A stretch of 64,000 nt of DNA from Eledone cirrhosa (lineage: Eukaryota). Where the stretch lies: NCBI GenBank assembly GCA_964016885.1, contig OZ024740.1, forward strand, positions 124,248,001 through 124,312,000. The letters run 5' to 3'. The notes under the pieces are model-generated. The model was not told the origin of the DNA and ran no database searches. It worked only from the letters and a program-made list of their open reading frames with translations. Of the stretch, positions 25,458 through 39,125 are shown piece by piece (position 1 is the stretch's first letter; each line of letters starts with the position of its first letter). The position numbers and the translations under genes were made by a program.

Positions 25458-28190
25458 ATCATCATCATCATCACCGTTTTACGTCCGTTCTTCCATGCTA
25501 GCATGGGTTAGATGGGTTGTCCTATTGTGGGCAGTGTCTGGTCGGCTGACCATGCCTTGCTCATACAGGAACTGATCTGGCTTGATTTCTACAGCTGGAT
25601 GCCCTTCCTAACACCAACCTCATTTACAGTGAGTGCTGGGTGCTTTTTTCCGTGGCGCCTACACGTCCACTTTACAGTGGGCTGGGTGCTTTTCTGCCGT
25701 GGCCCCTCCACGACCACTTTGCAGTGGGAGGGTGTGGGGCATATTGTCTATATGCTTCAGCTTGTACCCATGGGAGGTCAGGTACTCTGTATTACTGCGT
25801 GACGCCAGAGGTGATGGTCGTGTGTCATCACCTTTGAGAGGTGTAATTGGGTAAGGTCGGCTTTTATCACCTCATCCCAGGTCTTCTGGGTCTCGCCACT
25901 CCACGGTTTCCAATGACTTCTAGTGCTGTGCCCCTTTTTATGCAGCTGTCATCCTTCATACGCATCACATGTCCATACCAACGCAACCGCCTCTCCTGCA
26001 CACAGCATTTGATTCCTCTTATGCTCAGTCTCTCTCTCAATTCATTTATGCTTTGCCGTTCGCGTATTACACATCCATCAGAGCATGCAGGCTTCGTTTC
26101 TTTCTAATCTTCCTAAGTCTTCCACCTTCAGCGCCCAGGTCTTACTACCATGTAACATTTCTGTTTGTATACACGCATCATACAGTTTGCCTTTCATTTT
26201 GAGAGAAAAGCCTTTTGCAGCCAGCAGTGGCTATAGTTCCCTGAACTTCTTCCATTCCGTTCTTACTCTAGTTATTGTACTTTCTGAACACCCACCTCCA
26301 CTGCTAATTCGGTCACCTAGGTAGCAGAAGCTGTATACTGTTTCTACAGAGCCCTCCCAGAGATTGGTGGTACTTGTTTCCTGTGGCTGTTTGCTGCTTG
26401 CTGTCCCAGCACAGCTGCTACATGTGAAGCCTACATACTTAATTAAGCTTCCTGAGATCCCGCTACATCTATTGTGTAGGACCTTAGTCTTTGTCAGGTT
26501 GACTTTGAGACCGTTTCTTTCTAGTCCCTGCTTCCAAGTTTGGAATTTCTTCTCTAGTTCTACCATAGATTCCTCTATAAGTGCGAGGTCATCAGCATAC
26601 AGGAGTTCCCATGGGTATCCGGTCTTAAACTCCTCCGTTATTGCCTGCAGGACTATGATGAAACGGGAGGGGCTAAGAACAGATCCGTGGTGGACCCAAC
26701 CTGTACACTAAATTCCTCACTATACTCATTGCTAATCCTAACTTTGCTGACTGCTCCCCTATACATGGCTTGTACAGCTTTCCAAAGCCATTCATCTACT
26801 CCTAGTTTTCTAAGAGCCCACCAGATTACAGCACGTGGAACTCTGTCAAAGGCTTTCGCGAAATCGACGAATGCCAGGTAGAGTGGCTTACTTTTACCTA
26901 GCTACTTTTCCTGTAACTGCCTCACTAGGAAGAGGGCATCAGTGGTTCCTCTTCCTGGTACAAACCCAAATTGCATCTCATCTAGTTTCACCCGGTCCCT
27001 AATCAACTGTGCTATCACTCTTTCTGTTACTTTCATGACCTGGTCCATCAGCTTTATACCTCTATAGTTTCCTCTATCTAGTGCATCACCTTTACCTTTG
27101 TAGCAGTTGACAATGATGCTACTGCACCAATCTTTTGGTATGACACCTTCTAGTATTACCTGGTTAACAATACGTGTGGTTATAGTGTGATCTACAGACC
27201 CAGATACCTTCAGCATCTCGGCAGCTATACCGAATGGACCGGTTGCCTTCCCCATCTTCATATCTTTGATTGCCTTACTTACTAAGCTGCTGCTGACATG
27301 TACTGCTGACCCCTCTATAGAGTCTACACGGGATAGGGTCTCTTCTTCCCAAGCATTCTCCTCATTTAGTAATCTATCATAATGGCTCCTCCATGCATCT
27401 TTCTTCTCAGCACTTGTGAGGGCAAGCTCACCTTTATCATTCCGGATACACTTCTCTCCAATGACATCACAATTCTCTCTGACACACCACCTCGCAATCT
27501 TGAACACCTCCTGTTTCTGGTCCTCACGTTGCAAAACATGCTTGAATTTTCTATCCTCTGCTTCCCTCCTAGCTAAGTATACTTGTTGCCTAGCTTCCCT
27601 CTTGGTATCTATGTAATGTACCCTGCTTCCCCCGTTCTTCCATTCTTTCAATGCTTGTCTCTTGGCCTTAACTGCCTCATCTACCTTATTGTTCCACCAC
27701 CAAGTCACTGTCCTCCTGCTTGTGGTCTTACTCCAGCCACAGATCTCATCCGTCTCCTCTAATAAGTTATTTTTTAGGAACTCCCAGTGGTCTTCTACAT
27801 TGAATGTCTGTATCTGTTCTTCTTTACTCTCGTAGGTGTTTAGTAAAATACCTTTAAATCTGTTATTGGCTGAGGGGTCTTTCAGCTTCCAGATCTTTCT
27901 TCTCCAGGTTGGCCTCTGTTTTCAGGTGCGTCTAGTTCTGACCGTGAGGTCGCTGACAACTAAGCTATGTTGGGAGGTACATTCCTCACTAGGGAAGGCT
28001 TTTGTTTTTACGACCGTCCATCTGTCACGTCCTCTGATGAGTATAAAATCTATCTGACTAGAATGCTCCCCTGATCAGGTGGTTGTCGGGTTTTTTGAAG
28101 TTTGTGTTACATATCGACATGTCATTGGCGTTGCATTTCTTGTTCATTTCTTGTGCCAACCCCGTGGCCTCCATGGACTCTATTGAAGCC
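25458..28190 (-). mobile_element. Second copy of the PHD-bearing RTE LINE (part of the APE endonuclease plus RT, (GAT)n tail)
   Basis: ORFs 26902-27708 and 26231-26566 are near-identical to copy 1. Endonuclease-region motifs QIDFIL and GFNRVHGGHG occur at 28040-28190. Confidence 0.94.
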
Positions 28191-29549
28191 GTATAAATAA
28201 CTCCATAATTGTAGTTAATTATGAAATATTGTAATATACTACTTGTAATTCATTTTAATACACATTTTCCTATAACAATACAAAATTGCATTATAGATAA
28301 TTGGCAGACGATTAATCGGTATCAGCCAATAAAGCATGGCCAATCAATTGATAATCGGCCATTTTGGTTATCTGTGCATAGCTAGTTATGAGTTAAACCA
28401 ATAATGGCAATCTATTATTGCCCAAATTTGTTGTTCAATATAAGCAATAATATTTACAACAATCAGAGTTTTGTTCATTCCCTAGTTACTGTTACTAAAT
28501 TGAAAAACTGTTGAAATTTTAATAAATTTTTTCAGATCTCTGATAGCTTTTTCCTTCAACAAACATTATGAAAACAGTAATATCCACAACTAATATCAAC
28601 AACAGCAACATAATAAATTTGAAAAATAATCTAACCTTTCCAGAATATTTTTTTGATTTTTACATATTAGATTCTCTTTTTAAACAAACACAGAAGCTGG
28701 TAACTAGAAAACCTGAAACATTTTCAATTATGTAGTGTGGAAATCTTTCATGTAGAAAGCTTAGCAATTAATCTGTAGCCTCAAATATTATGATGCATTA
28801 TTTATTCTTACAAACTGTCTGCTGCTTTGATTAAACAGAGCTATAAATGCAATGTGTATACCTATGTGTAACTATGTGTATACTTAGAGTTGTGTACTTG
28901 TGCTTCTGTAATTGAGTTTGTATCTAAAACTAAGCTGGTCTGTATGGATGCACATATATATGTGCATCCATACAGATGGTTATTGAATTATGAGGATGTG
29001 TGCATTTGAATCTGTAACTGTCTACACATGTATATCAACAGGTACATATGCATTTGAATGTGAAGGTACCTACTTTGTATATGTCGTATGTATATATTCT
29101 CATATATTGATGTGCATATTGTATGGTAAATGCACATATCACTGAGCGTATGTTTGTATCCATTAAGTTTTGATATGAAACTTCAAAAACAATTATCCAT
29201 ACATCAATGCTGTGTTGTCTACATTATATAAAAAATACATGTTTACATTGTGATGATGATGATTATCATTATCAGATTTCCTTCTGTTTTCTAGTCTATC
29301 ATGGGCTGGGTGGTATTTTATGATCAGATGCCCTCTCTGATACCTACCCTTTTAGTTTGAAGAGACAACATACATGAATATAGTGTACCTATTTCTTAAA
29401 CCATGATATAGACATAATCATATTCAAGTTATTAAACTTTCATACACTATTCTGTTGCACGAAAAGAATAGAATCATAATAGAAAATAAAGAGATAAAAC
29501 AAGTTACTCCCACAAGGAAGAATTCTATAGAAACTGATTAATTATATTT

Positions 29550-29822
29550 AATAATAATAATAATAATAATGAAATTATTGTATACAGTGCTCAGGTGCAC
29601 TACAACACATCAAAGGTGCATGTATAGTACATAGAATAATGTACAAATGTCAGGAAAGTGAACAGTGTATGAGTCATGATATACATGTGTACATGTGTAT
29701 GGATGGGGATATCAGATGTAGTGTTGGCAAATTTCAGGAAGAATGGAGGTTTTAAAGGATGCAGTGTCTTGGCAGCTAACAACTGATGCAGGCAGTTTGT
29801 TCCATGCTTCTGCAACTCTGTC
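29550..29822 (-). mobile_element. 3' end of the CR1/L2-like LINE with (ATT)n tail
   Basis: Matches 44047-44247 plus 44606-44665. Confidence 0.85.
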
Positions 29823-32600
29823 ATTCAAATAGAGCATTCCAGACAGAATATTGTAGTTCACTACTATAAAATGATTTAGGGAACAGATTCCTCTTTATCT
29901 ACATCAGAAGATGTTTTCTTCTGATGTAAATGCAGAGGAATTTCTTTATGTTCTGCTGTTGTCAAGATTCTTTTTGCTATCATAATGATTATGTTCTCCC
30001 CTTTTGCATATGTTAATAATGTTGCTGCCAACTATCACAAATGATTTGAACATAGCCAGATTCGATAGATAACGCTGGTTAATACTATATAAAGCTCCCC
30101 TTTATCTTCAAATCTACAATACTTGCAATCTATAATAATTGGTCAATTATTGCAGTCGTGTTTAAGATATTGGTAAGATTTACATGAGGATTGACTATTT
30201 CTATTTCAAATCTTGCCTAGTTCAACTTTCCTTATCATTTTCAGATAACAATTAAGTACCAGTCAAATATTAAAATTAATATAATTGATTAATATATATG
30301 GCATTGTTCTTTTGTCAACAACCAAATGTTTCAAGTGTCATAATCATCTATAACCAATTATCCTAGAACTGCTCAAACTTTACAACAATTCCCCAATCTT
30401 ACACAAAACCTTTCTCAAACTTCTTGCTATGGCAATAATATGCAGTGACATCATTAACCCTTTAGATACCAAACAATCTAAAACCCATGGCTTCGTCTGT
30501 TTTAAAGAACTTATATTTATCTAAGAATCTACCATTATAGGGTAGAACCATCGCATGTTTCAAGTACAAGCATGATAATATAAATTACTTTACTAAATTA
30601 TTCATTAATTTCAAAATGATTTGAAAATATTAGGCAGTTCCTTTCATAAGAAATATGGTACTGAAAGGGTTAACTAACACTTTCAAACATTGCCTTCTAT
30701 AGACCTTAGAAAGGGCAAAACATTTAATGTCTGCTCCACTGTACTAGTGTAATATTTTCATTTACCACTATGTTTCAAATATTACCATATTTTGTAGCCA
30801 TTCTGAATGATCAAACTGGGACTCACAATGTTTTAAAGGTGACTTCCTACTGTTAATATACAATGATAGAGATAATTATTGTGGCATTTGTAACTGCTCT
30901 ATATCTTTTAAAGATATCTAGAGGCATGTATTTTTAAGGAAGGATTTGATTTCTTCATGATCAAATAGGTATTAGCTGAAAAGAGTATTGATATTTATTT
31001 TATCGACTTTATGGGGATAAACTGCAAAACTGACCTCAGGTTTCAGTCCACCAAGATTAATAAAATAAATAATTACAAAAATGATTATAATAACAATTCC
31101 TTCATTTTCTTCAAGGGCAACAGATGGGTGGAGATTTATGATGAATCAGTATATAAAAGGATTGCCATTTGATGTCCCAATAGAAGGATAGCCACCGAAA
31201 TCTTATGGAGCTTTTTGATAGGCCACTCAATCATATCTAGGTACATGATTAAATGAGCAAATGCCTTCTGTCAGCTGTGGTATGCTGCCTATAGGTGCAT
31301 ACTGAGAATAGACTCATTCACCCAGGTCATACTCACCATTCTCACCTGCCATTCAGCAAGTTCACAGGAGTTCAACACTTCATTCATGAAGTGTAACATC
31401 AAGAATTGATGAGGGCTTTACCATGATAGTAAGTGTTTATCCTCTCGATCTTGTCCTATATAAAACTATTTTTGCTATAAATATGTGATAGGAAAATTGC
31501 CCACCTTTCCTGACTAAAGTCAGGTTATAAAGAAATCTTCATGGTTAGTCTGTTTCAAGCCCTGAAGCTTATCAGTCAAGAGTTTAAACAAGTTTCATTG
31601 ATGTTTAGTGATTAAGTGTACAATACTTTCTCTTGGACAGGATGCCAATTTGTTAGAAGTTTAAGCCTAGGTTGCTGTTGGTAGTACTCCTCTATTTCAG
31701 CTGAGTAAACTGAAGCAGCATCAAATAAAATATTTTGTTCAAGTTTATATTGCCCCACTCTTTCCAGGAATTGAAATCACAACTATACAAACATAAAGCC
31801 AACACGCTAACCTCTAGGCTGTGCAACTTCACACCTCATTTGAGGAAACCAAAGGACCAGGGATATCTGACAATCACATTTTAACAAAAGCTCTCAGCCC
31901 CCTTTCTTGTACACAAAAGTAATCTTGTTACAATTTGTAAAATTTCTGTGGGGTCACTGCACATTACAAACACATTACACACATTATACACACACAATTG
32001 GGTATACTGATTAAGTGAGAACAAAAATGTATATCAATAATATTTAATTATTTTGGTTTCCATGCTAATTACTTTTGGTTGTTCAGCTTGAATATTAGTA
32101 TTTAGGGGATTAAAAGATTTTCTTCATGTTTTTAAGTTCTTGAATAAATTGGATAAAAATATAATTGAATAAAAATAATGATTTAATAACAGAATTACAA
32201 GACTTATTGGTAATCAGCATTGTGAATTTGTTGCCATATCAATCAGAGACTAGCAATAGATAGTCAAAGAAATTCTAGTTGACATGATATGAATATAATG
32301 AGTATTTGAAAATAATTAATTATGGTCAATTTAGGTAGTGGATCTTTTACTTAATCATAAACAAGTCAAATAATATTTTTTAAATCTTTGAATTTTAAAA
32401 ACATTTATTATAGATATGTGATATCACATCACCAAAATTCAATAATCAAAAAGTAATGTTTCAAGAAACCATACATTAATATTTGGAATCTACAGAACAA
32501 AAAATTGTTCTTGCTAGATCATGAATCATTAGTAAAATAAAAAAATTAAATTAGCAGCCGATTTATGAGACTAAAGTCAGCTCTACGTAAGGAGCCGTGA

Positions 32601-32789
32601 ATATCATACATTGAGTTAGAAACTCAAAATAGTCTTTTATAATTAAATAGCTCAAAGAAAGGAACACATATACTTATATCTATGTTCATCTCTCTCGTAT
32701 ATTCAATTATATTACACGGCTTGTAAAGATTCCTTTCTTTGAGCTATTTAACTGTAAAAGACTATTTTGAGTTTGTAACTCAATGTATG

Positions 32790-32793
<4 letters not shown>
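32601..32793. repeat. Inverted repeat (64-bp arms, ~65-bp spacer) abutting (TA)n(TG)n
   Basis: atatcatacattgagtta.aaactcaaaatagtctttta ... taaaagactattttgagttt.taactcaatgtatgatat. Confidence 0.9.
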
Positions 32794-32837
<44 letters not shown>

Positions 32838-35800
32838 TTGTGTGGTTACATTTGTATCAGTGTTTATGTCTTATAATGTAGAAATTCAATAAAACAGAGA
32901 ACAAGAACAATAATATCAGTACCAGACTTGAAAAAATAAATAATGGGTTTGATATGATTGACTAACATCAAGCTGATATCCTCACATGACCTTACTCAAA
33001 TGAATGAAACTGTTTCAAATGCAGAAAGTACATCTCTATGTTTTCCCTTTCTCACCACACATGATTTGAGTTCTAATGTGTTCGTCCTTTCAATCAGACT
33101 AAGAATATTTTGTAGGATTATTTACCACTATCCAACATCTATGCCAATTTTGCTCAGGTTGGGGGGTGAACACACCACTAGTGAAGGTTTGACAATATTT
33201 TAAATGGCATGGGACTTCAAATTGTGGCATTTATATGTTAAATTTGTCCAAGTATTGTGCACCTTTTTTGTAGATCTACATAGGGCTTTAACAAAAAATC
33301 TTGAGAAACACTACTCTCTGTGGTCATTTGACCAGCTAGAAAAATAAGGAAATTTACACCTAAGAATCTTAAATAAAGAATGGAATAGAATAGCTCTCAA
33401 GTCAGTTTCAATGATGATTATTACAATCGTTTGATTAAATGTACAGCCAGAGTATTAAATTAAAATGCCAATGACTAAATATTCCCCTGACAGGTACACC
33501 CTTAACATACTTCTCAGGAGGGAAAATAGAGCGTATGGCAAGCAATGAAATTGTGTCCCTACCCAAACATGCGACATCCATCTTACAGATAACTATGAAA
33601 TCAGCTTAAAAATACGAATCATTTTCATTAATTTTTTTAATCGAAAAAAATACATGGAAATTGCAACTTTATTGCTGTTACTGATGTAAATTTGTGGTCT
33701 AAGTTAGATTTTCAGTTTCTTTTCTTTCTTCACTCAGATGAGGAAGATTACAGAGTCTGACTTAACCCATGGAGTCTCTCAAATAGGAGAATATTAGAGT
33801 ATCCTAGTCCAAGTGGTACCTATAGCACGTGACATGCTTGCCATACCATAGTTACACCTCTGTGTGACATGGCTTGCTGTTTAACCATTTCATTACAATA
33901 TTTATAATGAAATATACTCATTTTGATTAATGAATGCAGAATGTTGAAGGATTTACTCAAATGATCAATTACTTCATTCCTAATAAAATAACTTAACATA
34001 TGGTTCTTATAAAATTTCATGTGGGAAGATATATATAGGAATCATTTGAAGTGCGTGGTTTTCTTTCATAGAACCAAGGCCAGATTTAGCTGGGTTGGCA
34101 TAAAAAGGGTTAAATTAGAGACAAATCATCTTACAGGCTTCCAAACTGTTTCTATCTACTCAATTCTTCACACAAAGTTTGGGCTGGCATGAGGTTATGG
34201 TACATGAGACTTTCCCAATATTGCAAACAGTGGGATCAAATCCAGGCTCATAAAATCAGCTAGACAGCAGCCCACCTGAGGAAAGAGCCCCTTGACGTGG
34301 GGTGGTTGTTTCAGTGTGTGTTGATGGCCATTTTCTATGGCAATAACTTTACCATTTTGTCTGTAGGGTCAGCTGAAACACAACTTGGACTGGGGTGTAG
34401 AACCTGTCGCTCCCCCCTCTGCCTTTCTTTCATTGCATAAATATTTTTTCTTTCTTTTTTTTCTTTTCCTTTCTTTGTTTCCTTATTGCCATGTATGCAG
34501 TTATAATAAATTTCAAAAGATACAGTTGTATGCAAAGTTAAGTAACTAATAATGTTGCTTCGCAAGAGGTTCTCATTGTGTGTCACTTTGATCATGTATT
34601 TTCAAATATAATTGTGGATCATGAGTGGAATTTGATAGCCAGAAACTGTGCAGGAGCTTGTGGCATGTGTGTGCATATATGTGTATGTTGTGCCTATCCC
34701 CATGTTGATATTTACATCAGTCTAAAAAGCAGTGTTTATGTTGTGTCCCTTTAGGAATCACAACTTAGCTAAATAAGTTAGAATCATCCTTTTAAGTCTG
34801 TTTTTCCATGCTTGCATGGATTGGATTAACCCTTTAATGTTCAAACCAGCCAAAACCAGTTAGAATTCTCTACCTCTTTCTGTTGAAACTGGCAGTAACT
34901 GGTTGCTCAAACTGATGTTAAGGCATTGTTTTCAAAATAAATACTTTCAAAATCTCATAGATTCGATATTATGTGAGATAATTATGCAAGGTAAAGCCTT
35001 TACCATGAAAATATAATAGTATATATAGAGTAATGTGAATACTAAAGGGTTAAACCCAGAGTTTAGCTGATATCATGAGTATTAAGCTAGTTCATTTAAG
35101 AGATATCCATCAACTACCACTTGTACTCATTTTCAGATGAGTAAGCTTGAGCAACATGAAACAGAATGCCTTGTTCTAGCACACATCATGTCATCTACTC
35201 TAGGATTTGAACCCATGAGCTTATAATCATGAGCTCAGTCCCTAACCTCTTCACTGGTAAAATATCCTTTTATTGTTTTAATAATTTTAGTTATTAGACT
35301 ATAGCTATAATGGGACACTTCATTTAACTATTTTGTTGATTATTTCAATGCTAGTACCTAGGATTTATCTTTGTTTGATAAAACAAATACTAGATTGAAA
35401 TACATGACCAACTAAAACACTTGAAAGAAGTGACCAAGCACAGCTGAAATCTAATGGCTGCAGCCAGGAATGGGCTGAACAAAAAGTACATAACTACAAG
35501 ATATATGAATCACATAGAGATCTGGAAGATATGAAATATTTATATTGTTAACTTTATTTTTTTTGGTTATACACACAATAGAAGATTTAGAACAAACAAC
35601 AACATAGCTAGTAGGTTTGTCAAAGGTAGAGTAAACACTAGCAACATTTGAAATGAGAGAAGCAAGATAAAGGTAGATACAGTGATCTACAGTGTCATCC
35701 ACTCTACTACTCTTAACTGCATCTCAGTAATGATAATAACAGAAATAGCTCACGTTACTAATTTCTTCATATTACGTCTCATTTCATAGGTAAAGATAAT

Positions 35801-37279
35801 TAATGATGTGTGGGTGTACATGTGCATATGCTTGTGTGTGAGCATGGGCATATGCATATGATGTACATGTGTCTTTGTATGTGCTTGTGTGTTTGAGTGT
35901 ATGATAGATTAAAGATACTAAGGATATGTCAAGGGCTTTTGGTTCACTAAATATCAATACACAGCTTTCCCCTTCTATATTTGTTGTGTGAGTGGCATAA
36001 GTGCGATGTTGTAAAGTAATGATATAGAGAAAAAAAACTAGCGATTTTCAATGAAGAAGAATTAATTTTGTATGATACACTAGATGTACAAAATGAACTT
36101 AAGTGGAACTGAATGGAGAAAATTAAGCAGACATTAAGTGATTGATAGTATATGGGACACACATATACCTTTGTTGTTGTGGCACTTGCATTAACGAAAT
36201 AGATAAAGTGCAATGCAGTGGTAATAAATAGTATACAAGCTAGAATTAGGCCAAAGACAACTTGGTAAGACATAGAAACAACCTATCAAACCTGTACCAT
36301 TAAACTGAAAGGCAATTTGTGGAACTTTTGACATATATCCTTTAGATAAGCAGTTAAAATAACTAGGTTAATGAAATACTACAAATTTGAAAGCCCTTTG
36401 TTTAATGTTTTCGCTCATAAACTACATGAACAAATTTAAGTGGGAGTGGAGAATCTTAATATGCAATTAGACAATCTAGTTACCAAAATTTCTTGGAAAC
36501 CAGTCATTGTAAGCAGACTCACAGAATGGCTATTATTTAAGGGTTGTAAATGCTAATTACCAGCATGTTTTAATAGCAGTCCCATAGAGACTATAGATGG
36601 AATACTGGAACCTCAACATGCATACATTTTCAAAACAACTTATACAAACAGAAACTCAATGTAAACCTCTATATGGCTAGTTGATCTGACAGAAACAGTA
36701 GCTAAATATCAATCAAATTACATTCTAGGTTTAGGCAAGGAAAAGACACATCAAATAAGATAGAGATAATTAAAAAAAGACAGGTGATTCATGACTGAAA
36801 TAAGTTCAATAAGGGCTGATTGGAAGTTAAACAACAAAATTAATATATGTACCAAAGAAACAGCCATCACATGGTCACTTTGCCTCATAGAAGGAAGGTG
36901 CAGCCAATTTTCCCTGAAATAACACCCTACATATTGGAATGTGCAGTCAAAGGCATTTATCTGTAAACAAAGATCGATGGTGATGGATGGAACATCTGAA
37001 ATCATTAATATGTTTGGCAATGGTTGAAATAGAGCAAAACAACATTGTTCAAGTAGATAATGTAACATTTCAGAAAGTGTATTTGACCACGAAAGATAAA
37101 TCTGATTCTGCTGTGTATCTAGATGATTCACCACAATATCTTAGTTAAACAAGATTAGAAAATACCTACCACATGCTTTAAGAATGACTTGGTTAGACAT
37201 GAATCATATCCATGGAAGATTTATCCCTCATCCTTCAAATGCTGTAAAAAAAAGAGCTAACTAATAGACTTGTTAACCC

Positions 37280-38660
37280 TTTCTTCTTCTTCTTTGCTCA
37301 CTTATTCCTGGAAGGGTCATGGGGGGAAGAGTCCTCAAATACTCCTCTCAGTGGGTCCTGTCAGAAGCAATCATCTCCAAGGACGAGTGTCTCAGTTTTA
37401 ACAGGACTGACTTCCATTCCAGCAATACAGCACTTTGCATCAAACCTATCAAGTGCAAGTCAGAGATCATCTTTTGTCAAGTTAAGTACCACCATGTTGT
37501 CTGCAAATTCCAGCTGACTGATTTTACACTCACCATTCATGACACCACTTCTAAACCGGCTGCTCATGTCAATCCTGTTCATGTAAATAATGATCAGGAG
37601 AGGTGGCAGTAGTCACCCTTGGCAGAGTTCAACTCCCACAATGAATGGTTTTAATTTAGCAGCATTCATACGAACACAAATACTCGGGCATTCATATAGA
37701 GGCATCAGGGCAGCAAGAAGCTAACCATCTATCCCATACTCCTGCAGCAACTTCCACAGCAAGTCCCAAGGAACGGGGTCACATGCCTTTTCAAGTTTGA
37801 CAAAACAAGAATATACCTCTTGGCAATACTCCCACAATTTCTCAAAACTTCCCCGCAGCTGTGCTGCATCTGAGGAAAAAACTGCAGATAGCTTGGACTC
37901 AATAATCTCCCTGCATCTCATTCCCAGACACTTAACATAGGTTTTACTGGGGAGGCTTAACAAGAAGATCCCTCTGTAATTGGAACAATCTGTCTTGTCT
38001 CATTTTTTGAGAATTAAGTGGAGATTGTTCAGCACAAAAGTTTCTGCTTCGGCTGTTAAATGCTGCAGGTGAGAGACGCTTGGTGTAATGCTGAATGGCA
38101 GGAGGACTCCTTGGATCAATCAAGAGGTAAAAGAAGCCATCTGATCAATGAAGGAGGCTTACAAAGCTTTGCTTGGAAATAAGTCCTCTTTCTTGCACTT
38201 GCAGTACAAGCAGGTATGACGAATCACAGCAGATACAGTAAAAACATGGGAGGATTTGGGATTAAGCTAGAATCTGACTTCAGATCAGCAAATAAAGTGT
38301 TCTGGCAGACCATCCATAATAAGAAGCCCTCCTCTACACCTGCTATCAAGAATGTGTTTGGAGTTCTCCACTTTTCAGAGAGGTGCATCCTTGCGAGGTT
38401 GAGAGAATACTTTTCTGATCTTTTAAACCGGATCTCAACTGCACCTTCTGATGCTCACAAGGTGCAACTTGGAGTGGTGACTAATCTCACAAAGGCTAAG
38501 GTCACAAGAGCAGTTAAAGAATTCAAATGTGGCACAGCTCCTGGGAAAGATAAATCCGGCATGAGATGTTAAAAGCCTTAAATAGAGAATGTATTCTCTG
38601 GCTGACTTATATGTGCTGAGAGACCTGGATCTCTGGAAAGGCACCTAAGCAATGGCAATT
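37280..38660 (-). mobile_element. Rex3/Expander-like RTE LINE with an inverted 5' segment (~38020-38660 on the + strand)
   Basis: Minus part: DCSNYRG, LSLPSKTY, FVKLEKACDPVP, VGVELCQG, (GAA)n tail. Plus part: ESDFRSANKVFWQTI, EYFSDLLN, APGKD, SGKAPKQWQ. Confidence 0.8.
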
Positions 38661-38789
38661 GTTAACCTTTTCACAACAATATTTCTGAAGAAAGACACTG
38701 CCTATACCACTACTACTAAATTCATCCACTTATTTGTGGTGACATGATAACACATTTCCATGTCACAGGATTAAGCATTAACTGCCTCG

Positions 38790-39125
38790 GTTCTTCACTG
38801 AACAATTTGGTATCTTCCTCAATGACTCTCTTTAATACCTTGACATCTTCCGTGCTTGTGCTTCACCTTAATGGGCTCACATAGTAAAAGTTTTGTAGCA
38901 GGTTCATTGATTGTCATGACATGATCTGCAAGTTGATGACACCTGAGTGGAAGGTTGCCATAGATAATTTTGTTTGTAACACAGTCAAGAAGCTTGATGT
39001 TTTTCATCCTTCTTAGCATTCCTGTGTAGCAAGAAAGCTTTGGTGATAGGTACTGTCACTGACCATGGTTCACAGGAATACAATAAGACTGATTCCACTG
39101 TAGCTTTGAATAATAAAACTTTTGT
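38790..39125 (-). mobile_element. Decayed RTE/RTEX-like C-terminal fragment
   Basis: FKATVESVLLYSCEPW, MLRR, HVM, LLLCEP...GR motifs. Confidence 0.6.

Noticed and set aside
28290-28385. atcgg/ccgat-rich segment resembling a non-autonomous DNA transposon end
   Set aside because: No matching second TIR or TSD could be found.
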